The notes beneath the pieces were generated by a model. The model was not told where the DNA came from, did not search any database, and saw nothing but the letters and a program-made list of their open reading frames with translations. The position numbers were made by a program, and so were the translations under genes. A stretch of DNA of 64,000 bases from an uncultured Gemmatimonadales bacterium (GTDB taxonomy: Bacteria > Gemmatimonadota > Gemmatimonadetes > Longimicrobiales > RSA9). How positions within the stretch are numbered: position 1 is the first letter of the stretch; each line of letters starts with the position of its first letter. Location of the stretch: contig OY970192.1 in the NCBI GenBank assembly GCA_963708135.1, forward strand, positions 320,001 to 384,000, in the 5' to 3' direction. This document shows positions 47,040 to 55,700 of the stretch, one piece after another.

Positions 47040-49130
47040 ATGCCGCAGGACCCGATGCCCACACTGGCCGACTCGCGGAGCCCGTTCCTCCGCCACGGCG
47101 CCACGCAGCCCGTCAGCTGGATGCCGTGGGGCGAGGAGGCGTTCGAGCGCGCGCGTCGCGCGGCCCGGCCGATCCTGCTCGACATCGGCGCGGTCTGGTG
47201 CCACTGGTGCCACGTCATGGACCGCGAGAGCTACGAGGACCCGGAGACGGCCCGCCTCGTGAACGAGCTCTTCGTGCCGGTAAAGGTGGACCGCGACGAG
47301 CGGCCCGACGTGGATGCCCGCTACCAGCGCGCCGTGCAGGCCATCTCCGGCCAGGGCGGCTGGCCGCTCACCGCGTTCCTCACGCCGGAGGGCGAGGTCT
47401 TCTACGGCGGCACGTATTTCCCGCCCGTGGACGGCTACGGCCGGCCCTCCTTCAAGCGGGTGCTGGCCGAGATCGCCCGGCTCTGGCGCGACGACCGCGC
47501 CCGCGCCCTCGAGGGTGCCCGCTCCGTCCGCGAGCGCCTCGCCTCCTTCGAGCGCGCCGAGACCGAGGCGGGCGAGGTCGGCGCTCCGCTCGTGGATCAC
47601 GCCGTCGAGGAGCTCGCGCGCGCGTTCGACTTCCGCTGGGGCGGTTTCGGCTCCGCGCCGAAATTTCCGAATGCCGGCGCGCTGCTGCTCGTCCTCGACC
47701 GCTGGCTCGACGAGGGCGAGGACTGGGCGCTCCGGATCGTCCGCGAGAGCCTCGCGGCCATGGCGCGCGGCGGCATCCACGACCACCTGGGCGGAGGGTT
47801 CCACCGCTACGCCACCGATGCGAGGTGGCTGATCCCCCACTTCGAGAAGATGGCCTACGACAACGGCACCCTCCTCGAGGCCTACGCCCGTGCGGCCGCC
47901 GCGCTCGACGATCCCCTGCTGCGTGACACCGCGGCAGGGATCGTCGCGCACTACCGCGACGTGGCGCCGGCACTCCTCGAGGCCGGCGGCTTCCCCGCCT
48001 CCCAGGACGCGGACCACTCGCCGGATGACGACGGCGACTACTGGACCTGGACCGGCCCGGAGGTCAGGGCCGCCGCGGGCGGCGACGACCGCCTCGCCCG
48101 GGCCGCCACGCTGCGCTGGGGCCTCGAGCGCGTGGACACGGCCATGTCCCACGACCCCGCGCGCCACGTGCTGGCGGTCAGCGCGGAGATCGAGGAGATC
48201 GCGACGGCGCTCGGCACGGACGCGGCGGAGGCGGCCGCCCTCGTCGCCTCGGCGGCGGAGCGCATGAAGGCGGCGCGGGATGCTCGCCCGCGCCCGTTCG
48301 TCGATGAGACGCTCTACGCCGGCTGGGTCGCGCTCGTCGCCTCGGGCCATATCGCGGCCGCGCGGCACCTCGGGATGGAGGACGCGGGACGGGCCGCGCT
48401 GCGCGCGCTCGAGCGCCTCTGGGAGGAGGCCTTCGATGTCGAGGACGGGTTCTCCCACCGGGTCGGCGATGGCGGCGCGGGCGCCTACCTCGAGGACCAG
48501 GCCCTCGCCGCCCAGGCGCTGCTCGACGCCTTCGAGTGGACGCAGGACCCGCGCTGGCTGGAGCGAGCCACGCGCGCGGCCGAGGTGCTGCTGGCCCGAT
48601 TCCGCGACGACGACGGCGCCTTCCGCGACCGCCCCGCCGATGACGCCGCGCCCGCCCGCCCGCTCTCGGAGCCGCACCGCCCGATCCAAGACGCGCCCGC
48701 GCCCTCCGGCAACGCCGTGGCCGCGCTCGTCCTGCTCCGCCTCGACGCCTTGCTGCACGAGCCGCGCTGGGCGGAGGCCGCGCGCGCCACGCTTGCCGCC
48801 TTCGCGGGCTCCGCGCCACGCATGGGCACCGCTGCCGCCACCTACATCCGCGCCGTGGACTGGGCCACCGCGCCCGTGACGAGCGTCGTCATCGTAGGCG
48901 ACGTGGGGGACGCCGCCGCCGACGCGCTCCTCGCCACGGCCCTGCGCACCTACCGTCCCCGCACCGTCGTGCGCCGCTTCGCGCCCGGCGCCGTTGAGCC
49001 GGAGCGGCTCGCGCCGGAGCTGCGCGCCATGGTCGGCGCCGAGGCGCCGCGCGCGTACGTCTGCGCGGGCCGCACCTGCGCCGCGCCGGTCTCGGACGCC
49101 GCCGCACTCGCCCAGCTGCTGCGAGCATGA
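47040..49130 (+). CDS. YyaL/SSP411 thioredoxin-domain protein
   Basis: WCHWCHVMDRESYED, KVDRDERPDVD, GGWPLT, PHFEKMAYDN. Confidence 0.93.
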   Translation: MPQDPMPTLADSRSPFLRHGATQPVSWMPWGEEAFERARRAARPILLDIGAVWCHWCHVMDRESYEDPETARLVNELFVPVKVDRDERPDVDARYQRAVQAISGQGGWPLTAFLTPEGEVFYGGTYFPPVDGYGRPSFKRVLAEIARLWRDDRARALEGARSVRERLASFERAETEAGEVGAPLVDHAVEELARAFDFRWGGFGSAPKFPNAGALLLVLDRWLDEGEDWALRIVRESLAAMARGGIHDHLGGGFHRYATDARWLIPHFEKMAYDNGTLLEAYARAAAALDDPLLRDTAAGIVAHYRDVAPALLEAGGFPASQDADHSPDDDGDYWTWTGPEVRAAAGGDDRLARAATLRWGLERVDTAMSHDPARHVLAVSAEIEEIATALGTDAAEAAALVASAAERMKAARDARPRPFVDETLYAGWVALVASGHIAAARHLGMEDAGRAALRALERLWEEAFDVEDGFSHRVGDGGAGAYLEDQALAAQALLDAFEWTQDPRWLERATRAAEVLLARFRDDDGAFRDRPADDAAPARPLSEPHRPIQDAPAPSGNAVAALVLLRLDALLHEPRWAEAARATLAAFAGSAPRMGTAAATYIRAVDWATAPVTSVVIVGDVGDAAADALLATALRTYRPRTVVRRFAPGAVEPERLAPELRAMVGAEAPRAYVCAGRTCAAPVSDAAALAQLLRA

Positions 49131-50251
49131 GCGCCCCCGCGAGCATGCTCGCCGCCGAGCTGGTGCGTCCCGGCCACGTCGAGCTCCGGGAGGCGCCGCG
49201 GCCGGAGCCGGGCCCCGGCGAGCTGGTCGTCCGCACCGACGTCGCCCTCACGTGCGGCACGGACCTCAAGACGTTCCGCCGCGGCCACCCCCGCATCCCG
49301 CTCCCCACGCCGATGGGCCACGAGCTGGCCGGCACGGTCGCGGCGGTCGGCGCGGGCGTGACCGCTTTCCATGAAGGCGATGCCCTCGCCCTCGTGCCCA
49401 CCGCGCCGTGCGGCGAGTGTCGGCTGTGTCGGCGCGGCCGCGAGAGCCTGTGCCCGCACGCCGTCGGCGAGATGGTGTTCGGTGCGTTCGCCGGCTACGT
49501 GCGGCTGCCGCGTCGCCTGGTGGAGGCGAACGTGTTCGCCCGTCCGGCCAGCATGGACGCGGTGACGGCCGCCGGGCTCGAGCCACTCGCGTGCGTGGTG
49601 CACGGCGCGGGGCGCGTGCGGCTGGAGGAGGCCGAGCGCATCGTGCTCCTCGGCGATGGGCCGATCGCGCTCCTGTTCCTCCAGCTGGCCCGCGCGCGTG
49701 GCGCCGGCGCCGTGCTGCTCGCGGGCCGGCACGCCGTGCGGCTCGAGGCCGCGCGCGCCCTCGGCGCGGACGAGGTGGTGGATGTCGGAAGCGGCGAGCC
49801 CGACGGTGCGGCGCCGCGCGGGCCGGCGGGAGCCTCCGGCACCCCGGCCGGGGCGCCGGCGTCCGCGCCGGGCGAGGACCTCCGCGAGGCGGTGGCCCGC
49901 TGGACCGGCGGCGTGGGCGCGGACCTCGTGGTCGAGTGCATCGGCACCCCGCAGACCTGGCGGCAGGCCTTCGACCTCGCCGCCACCGGCGGGCAGGCGC
50001 TCTTCTACGGCGGCTGTGCCGCGGGCGCCGAGGTCACCCTCGATGCGGAGCGGCTGCACTACGGCGAGGTCGATGCGCTCGGCGCGTTCCACTACGGCCG
50101 CGCCGACGTCCGTCGCGCGCTCGCGTTGCTCGAGGAGGGCGTCGTCCGCATCGCGCCGCTCGTCACGCACGAGCGCCCGCTCGCCCGCCTCGACGAGGCC
50201 CTCGAGCTCGCGCTCTCGCGCGAGGCCATCAAGGTGGCGGTGCGGCCATGA
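49127..50251 (+). CDS. zinc-dependent alcohol dehydrogenase family
   Basis: CGTD, GHE, CGECRLC..C, EPLAC, GDGPI. Confidence 0.9.
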   Translation: MSAPASMLAAELVRPGHVELREAPRPEPGPGELVVRTDVALTCGTDLKTFRRGHPRIPLPTPMGHELAGTVAAVGAGVTAFHEGDALALVPTAPCGECRLCRRGRESLCPHAVGEMVFGAFAGYVRLPRRLVEANVFARPASMDAVTAAGLEPLACVVHGAGRVRLEEAERIVLLGDGPIALLFLQLARARGAGAVLLAGRHAVRLEAARALGADEVVDVGSGEPDGAAPRGPAGASGTPAGAPASAPGEDLREAVARWTGGVGADLVVECIGTPQTWRQAFDLAATGGQALFYGGCAAGAEVTLDAERLHYGEVDALGAFHYGRADVRRALALLEEGVVRIAPLVTHERPLARLDEALELALSREAIKVAVRP

Positions 50252-51369
50252 CGGGCGCCGGCGGGAGCGCGCGTGCCGGCTCGCAGCCCGGGCCGCGAGC
50301 CGTGCCGCCGCCGGCGTCGCCCGGGGCGATCCCGGACACCATGCGCGCCGCTCGCCTGTACGCCTGGGACGACGTCCGCGTGGAGCACGTGCCGGTCCCG
50401 CGACCCGGCCCCGGCGAGGCGCTCGTCCGCGTGGAGGCGTGCGGCGTCTGCGGCTCCGACGCGCTGACCTGGTACGTCGAGCGGAAGGCGCCCGTCGTCC
50501 TCGGCCACGAGCCCGCCGGCATCGTGGTGGAGGTCGGGGAGGGCGTCGCCCGGCCCGCCCTCGGCGAGCGCGTCTTCATCCACCACCACGCGCCCTGCAT
50601 GGCGTGCGAGGAGTGCCGCCGCGGCCTCTGGTCGAGCTGCGCGACGTGGCGCGCCAGCCGCCTCGACCCCGGCGGCTTCGCCGAGTACGTCCGCGTCCCG
50701 GCCGTCAACCTCGAGCGCGACACCCTCCCCCTGCCCGAGGCGATGTCGTTCGAGACCGCCACCTTCATCGAGCCGCTCGCCTGCTGCATCCGCGCGGTGC
50801 GCCGGCAGGGGGCGGTCGCGGAAGGCGACGTCGCCCTCATCGTCGGCCTCGGGGCCATGGGCCAGCTCATGCTCCAGCTGGCCCGCGCGTACGGCGCCCG
50901 TCTCGTGGCCGCGAGCGACTTCCTCCCCGACCGCCGCGCCCTCGCCCTCGAGCTCGGCGCCGACCACGCCTTCGATCCGGCAGCCGACGATCCCGCCGCC
51001 GCACTCCGCGCCCTCACCTGCGGCCGCGGCGCCGACGCCGTCGTCGTCTGCCCCGGCGACCTCCGCGCGATCGACGCCGGCGTGGCCGCCGCGGCGCCCG
51101 GCGGGCGAGTCGTCTGCTTCACCCCCCTCCCGCCCGACCGCCCCATCCACCTCGACCCCGCCGTCTACTTCCACGAGGTCACCCTCCTCCAGAGCTACTC
51201 CTGCGGCCCGGACGAGACCCGCGACGCGCTCCGCCTGCTGCACGAGGGACGCATCCGCGTGGATCCGCTCGTCACCCACCGCACCGGCCTCGACGGCGTC
51301 GGCGAAGCGCTGCTCCGCGCCGCCGGCAAGGGCGCCGGCCTCAAGACGATCGTCTTCCCGGGACGGTGA
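50248..51369 (+). CDS. zinc-dependent alcohol dehydrogenase family
   Basis: CGSD, GHE, CMACEEC..C, GLGAMG; ATGA overlap. Confidence 0.9.
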   Translation: MTGAGGSARAGSQPGPRAVPPPASPGAIPDTMRAARLYAWDDVRVEHVPVPRPGPGEALVRVEACGVCGSDALTWYVERKAPVVLGHEPAGIVVEVGEGVARPALGERVFIHHHAPCMACEECRRGLWSSCATWRASRLDPGGFAEYVRVPAVNLERDTLPLPEAMSFETATFIEPLACCIRAVRRQGAVAEGDVALIVGLGAMGQLMLQLARAYGARLVAASDFLPDRRALALELGADHAFDPAADDPAAALRALTCGRGADAVVVCPGDLRAIDAGVAAAAPGGRVVCFTPLPPDRPIHLDPAVYFHEVTLLQSYSCGPDETRDALRLLHEGRIRVDPLVTHRTGLDGVGEALLRAAGKGAGLKTIVFPGR

Positions 51370-51447
51370 GGGCGCCGCCCTGGCCGGCGCACGAATCTTG
51401 CCCACCTGATGGGTCGCAACTCACACCCCCACAAGGAGTTACCAATC

Positions 51448-52011
51448 ATGGCCTCCCTGAAAGGCAAGAAGATCGCGATCCTGGTGGACAACGGCTTCGA
51501 GCAGGTCGAGATGACCGAGCCGCGCAAGGCGCTGGACGACGCCGGCGCGCAGACGGTGCTCGTCTCGCCGCAGGACGGCAAGGTGAAGGGCTGGCAGCAC
51601 ACGGAGTGGGGCGACGAGTTCCCCGTGGACCTGAAGCTCGACCGGGCCAATCCCGACGACTTCGAGGCGCTGCTTCTGCCGGGCGGCGTCATGAACCCGG
51701 ACCATCTGCGCATGCGGCCCGCCGCCGTGAAGTTCGTGCGCGCCTTCTTCGACCAGAAGAAGCCGGTGGCGGCGATCTGCCACGGCCCGTGGATGCTCGT
51801 CGAGACGGGCGCCGCGAAGGGCCGCACCATCACCTCCTGGCCATCGCTCCAGACCGACATCCGGAACGCCGGCGGCACGTGGGTCGACCGCGAGGTCGTC
51901 GTGGACAACGGGCTCGTCACCAGCCGCAAGCCCGACGACATCCCGGCCTTCAACGGCAAGATGATCGAGGAGTTCGCCGAGGGCCGCCACGACCGTCAGC
52001 ACGCCGCCTGA
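51448..52011 (+). CDS. pfpI: PfpI/DJ-1-family protein
   Basis: GFEQVE, PGGVMNPD, AICHGPW, TSRKPDD; AAGGAG RBS. Confidence 0.93.
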   Translation: MASLKGKKIAILVDNGFEQVEMTEPRKALDDAGAQTVLVSPQDGKVKGWQHTEWGDEFPVDLKLDRANPDDFEALLLPGGVMNPDHLRMRPAAVKFVRAFFDQKKPVAAICHGPWMLVETGAAKGRTITSWPSLQTDIRNAGGTWVDREVVVDNGLVTSRKPDDIPAFNGKMIEEFAEGRHDRQHAA

Positions 52012-52136
52012 CCCCCTCGCTTTACAAGGAGGGCGACGCGCGTGCATCTTGGCCTCCCATCCCCGCCCGGCCGCCCAACCGTGAGCGGCGGCCGGGGGTG
52101 GGAGTGCGCAGCACGTCCGTTCGAAAGAGGAGCGCG

Positions 52137-52691
52137 ATGCCGTCCCGAGACGAAGCGGTGGCCCTGCTCGAGGAGTGGGTGGAGAACGAGGGACTCCGCA
52201 ACCACATGCGTGCGGTCGAGGCGGCGTGCCGCTTCTACGCGCGCAGCTTCGGCGAGGATGAGGAGGCGTACGGCCTGGCGGGGCTCCTGCACGACCTCGA
52301 CTGGGAGAAGTTCCCGGACGAGCACCCGCTGCGCGCCGTCGAGGCGCTGCGGGAGCGCGGCTACGGCGAGCCGGTGCTGCACGCGATCCTCGCGCACCGC
52401 CCGGATTTCACCCACGTCGCCCCCGAGACCCGGCTCGACCGCACGCTCCTCGCCTGCGACGAGATCACCGGCCTCATCACCGCCACCGCGCTCGTCCGCC
52501 CCACCGGCATCTCCGACCTCGAGCCGCGCTCCGTCAAGAAGAAGATGAAGGACAAGGCCTTCGCCGCCGGCGTGGACCGCGACGACGTGCGCCGCGGCGC
52601 CGAGCTGCTCGGCGTGGACTTCGACACGCACGTGGCGAACGTCATCGCGGCGATGCGCGAGATCGCGGGCGAGCTGGGGCTGGAGCGGTAG
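52137..52691 (+). CDS. HD-domain (HDIG-type) protein
   Basis: LRNHMRAVEA, GLLHDLDWE, ACDEITG, KKMKDKAFAAGV. Confidence 0.9.
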   Translation: MPSRDEAVALLEEWVENEGLRNHMRAVEAACRFYARSFGEDEEAYGLAGLLHDLDWEKFPDEHPLRAVEALRERGYGEPVLHAILAHRPDFTHVAPETRLDRTLLACDEITGLITATALVRPTGISDLEPRSVKKKMKDKAFAAGVDRDDVRRGAELLGVDFDTHVANVIAAMREIAGELGLER

Positions 52692-52791
52692 CGCGCGGCC
52701 GCGCGCCGTCCGCTGCGCGCCGCAAGCTGGTGCGGCGTCGCGGTTTCGGGCGTCTGTCTTCCGGATCGTTCACGGTAGTGGATACAACATC

Positions 52792-52826
52792 GGGGAGGCG
52801 AGGGGGCAGATCCCCCTCGCCTCCCC
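52792..52826. terminator. hairpin between convergent genes, probable terminator
   Basis: 15-bp stem GGGGAGGCGAGGGGG / CCCCCTCGCCTCCCC; weak U-tracts. Confidence 0.6.
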
Positions 52827-52850
52827 CTCTTGTTGCTGCGGCCGCTTGGG

Positions 52851-53216
52851 TCAGGCCACGCCGGCGGCCTTGAGCACCTTCTCCACGTACTTGTCGATCC
52901 CGCCGATCACCTCGACCACCTGGGCGCCGTCGGCGGCGCGGACGTCCTTGGCGAAGCCGAGCATGGCCGTGCGCACGGCGTCGCGGTCCACCTTCTTGCG
53001 GCGCCCGCGGGCCGCGCCGCGGCGGCGTGGCCGGGCGGCGGCGGCCTTCCGCTTGATCTGGAGCGGATAGCGTGCGTGGAACTGCCGGATCGTGAGGCCG
53101 GAGACGCTCTTGTCGAGCTTCTTGGCCTTGTCGTAGAGCTCGTCGGTCTTGATGGCGGGGTTCTTCTGCAGCTCGTCACGAACCATGTCCATGACCTTGC
53201 CACTGGCATCCGGCAT
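52851..53216 (-). CDS. small basic hypothetical protein
   Basis: AAGGAG RBS; 121 aa with K/R-rich linker. Confidence 0.8.
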   Translation of the reverse strand: MPDASGKVMDMVRDELQKNPAIKTDELYDKAKKLDKSVSGLTIRQFHARYPLQIKRKAAAARPRRRGAARGRRKKVDRDAVRTAMLGFAKDVRAADGAQVVEVIGGIDKYVEKVLKAAGVA

Positions 53217-53439
53217 TGTTGGCTCCTTCGAGGGGGAGGCAGCCATGAATGTTTGCGAATCGCTGAATAAGGGGGCGCGCGGGTGCATCTGTCAAGAGGG
53301 CGCGTCGGCGTGCGGCGGAGGGGTGGGGAATGGCGTGCGAAGCGGGGCGTTCGGCGGTTCGGCTGGTGGCGCGAGATGGGGCCGCCCGCCATATTGTCGG
53401 CCGTTTGCGGGCGGGCGGAAACCGCAGAGTGGAGGATGA

Positions 53440-53691
53440 ATGGCGAAGCGAAGGAGGGTCGTCCCGGCGGCGGCGGCGGTGGTCGCGCTGGCGCTGGCGG
53501 GGTGCGGCGACCACGCGACGACGGACGAGCGCGGCTACACGAAGGCGCCGCTGGAGGATCCGAACCTGATCATCTCGCCGGAGCCGACGACGCCGATGTC
53601 GCGGCTCGGGGTGAAGCCGAACCTGCCGCCGGTGGTGGTGATCCCGGCGCCGGACACGACGAAGCCGCTGCCGGCGCAGACGAAGTCGTGA
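53440..53691 (+). CDS. small lipoprotein
   Basis: GGAGG RBS; lipobox LAGC. Confidence 0.7.
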   Translation: MAKRRRVVPAAAAVVALALAGCGDHATTDERGYTKAPLEDPNLIISPEPTTPMSRLGVKPNLPPVVVIPAPDTTKPLPAQTKS

Positions 53692-53766
53692 ACAGCGGGA
53701 TTGGGGGTTCGGGGTTCGGGCGGTCCCGCCCGGACGCGTCCCGATCCCCGAGCCCCGAGCCCCGAG

Positions 53767-54051
53767 CTAGACCAGCGGTGGCCGGGGGCGCAGGGCGCGG
53801 CGGTAGAGCTCGATCTGCTCCTTGTCTCCGAGCTCGCGGGCGCGGGTGAGGGCGATGCCGGGAGGTAGGTGCCACTCGACGCCGGTCATGATGGTGTCGG
53901 TGGTGGACAGCTTGCCGTCGCGGCGGAAGAGCAGGGCGTTGTGCCAGGTACCATCGCTGTCGGGCTCGGAGCGGACCCAGACCTCGCGGCGCTGGCCGTC
54001 GACGATCAGCGAGCCGAGCTGTTCCTCGATCACGCCGGGCAGGGTGTTCAT
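53767..54051 (-). CDS. hypothetical protein
   Basis: 94 aa MNTLPGVIEEQ..RRALRPRPPLV; GGAGG RBS; GC3-rich codons. Confidence 0.72.
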   Translation of the reverse strand: MNTLPGVIEEQLGSLIVDGQRREVWVRSEPDSDGTWHNALLFRRDGKLSTTDTIMTGVEWHLPPGIALTRARELGDKEQIELYRRALRPRPPLV

Positions 54052-54072
54052 GCGGTCCCTCCGGAGGTGCGG

Positions 54073-55461
54073 GTGAAGACGATCATCGAGCCGTTCAAGA
54101 TCAAGACCGTCGAGCCGATCCGGATGACCACCCGCGAGGAGCGCCGGGAGCGGCTGGCGGAGGCCGGCTACAACGGCTTCCTGCTCCACGCGGACGACGT
54201 CATGATCGACCTGCTCACGGACAGCGGCACCGCCGCGATGAGCGCGGAGCAGTGGGCGGCCATCATGCGCGGCGACGAGGCGTACGCGGGCAGCCGCTCG
54301 TTCTATCGCTTCGAGAGCGCGGTCCGCGATCTCTTCGGCTTCAAGCACGTCATCCCGACGCACCAGGGACGGGCGGCGGAGCGGATCCTCTTCGGCACCG
54401 TGTGCCACCCGGGGGATGTGGTCCCCAACAATACGCACTTCGACACGACGCGGGCGAACGTGGAGGCCCGCGGGGCGAGGGCGGTGGACCTGCCCTGCCC
54501 GGAGGCGCGCGATACGCAAGAGCCACACCCGTTCAAGGGTGACATGGACGTGGCGGCGCTCGAGCGGCTGATCGAGACGGAAGGGCGCGAGCGGATCCCG
54601 CTCTGCATGATCACGATCACCAACAACTCCGGCGGCGGGCAGCCGGTCTCGATGGCCAACCTGCGTGAGGTGAGCGCCCTCTGCCGCCGGCACGCCATCC
54701 CCCTCTACCTCGATGCCTGCCGCTTCGCGGAGAACGCCTTCTTCATCAAGCTGCGCGAGCCCGGCTACGCCGCCCGCGCCGTGCCGGACATCGTGCGCGA
54801 GATGTTCTCGCACGCGGACGGCTGCACGTTCTCGGCGAAGAAGGACGCGATCGTCAATATCGGCGGGCTGCTCGCCACGAACGACGACCTGCTGGCCCAG
54901 CAGGAGCGCGAGCTGCTCATCCTGACCGAGGGCTTCCCGACCTACGGCGGCCTGGCCGGGCGCGACCTGGAGGCGATCGCGGTGGGGCTCGAGGAGGTGG
55001 TGCAGGAGGACTACCTGACGTATCGGATCGTCTCCACGCAGTACCTCGGCAGCCACATCTCCACGGCCGGCGTGCCGATCGTGCAGCCGCCCGGCGGCCA
55101 CGCCATCTACATCGACGCCGCCCGCTTCCTGCCGCACGTGCCGCCGCTCGAGCTGCCGGGCCAGGCGCTCGTGGCCGAGCTCTACCTGGAGGCCGGCATC
55201 CGCTCCGTCGAGATCGGCACCGTGATGTTCGGCCGCCGCGACCCCGCGACGGGCGAGGAGACGCCGGGGTCGCGCGAGCTGGTCCGCCTCGCCATCCCCC
55301 GCCGGGTCTACACCCAGAGCCACATCGACTACGTGGTCGAGGCCATCCTTCAGGTCTTCGAGCGCCGCGAGGCGATCGGCGGGTTCCGCTTCACCCACCA
55401 GGCCCCGGTGCTGCGCCATTTCACGGCCCGCTTCGAGCCGCTCTACGCCTTCGGCACCTGA
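54073..55461 (+). CDS. tnaA: tryptophanase
   Basis: IDLLTDSGT, PTHQGR, SAKKD (PLP lysine), LRHFTARF (His rather than the Phe of tyrosine phenol-lyase). Confidence 0.9.
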   Translation: MKTIIEPFKIKTVEPIRMTTREERRERLAEAGYNGFLLHADDVMIDLLTDSGTAAMSAEQWAAIMRGDEAYAGSRSFYRFESAVRDLFGFKHVIPTHQGRAAERILFGTVCHPGDVVPNNTHFDTTRANVEARGARAVDLPCPEARDTQEPHPFKGDMDVAALERLIETEGRERIPLCMITITNNSGGGQPVSMANLREVSALCRRHAIPLYLDACRFAENAFFIKLREPGYAARAVPDIVREMFSHADGCTFSAKKDAIVNIGGLLATNDDLLAQQERELLILTEGFPTYGGLAGRDLEAIAVGLEEVVQEDYLTYRIVSTQYLGSHISTAGVPIVQPPGGHAIYIDAARFLPHVPPLELPGQALVAELYLEAGIRSVEIGTVMFGRRDPATGEETPGSRELVRLAIPRRVYTQSHIDYVVEAILQVFERREAIGGFRFTHQAPVLRHFTARFEPLYAFGT

Positions 55462-55480
55462 GGTCGCCTCGGCGCACCCC

Positions 55481-55700
55481 TGCCCGGACACCTCCACCTG
55501 AACCTGAACCCGCCCCTGCCTTCCGCATCTGCCCCCGACCCCTGAACGCACACCTGCCCGTTCACGGGACGGCCGGTTCAGGTGACCATCACCTGCCCCC
55601 TGCCCCTGCCCCTGCCCGTTCACGGGCACGTGTAGCGGCACGGGCAGAAGGCAGAAACCGAAGGCAGGGGCAGGTTCAGGTGGAGGTGGAGGGGCAGGTG
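55481..55700. repeat. hexamer-type repeat tract with inverted arms
   Basis: CCTGAA/CCTGCC units facing GGCAGG/TTCAGG units; CCTGCCCGTTCACGGG occurs twice. Confidence 0.65.

Noticed and set aside
54073..55461. Tyrosine phenol-lyase as the alternative call
   Set aside because: The LRHFTA and SAKKD motifs favour tryptophanase.
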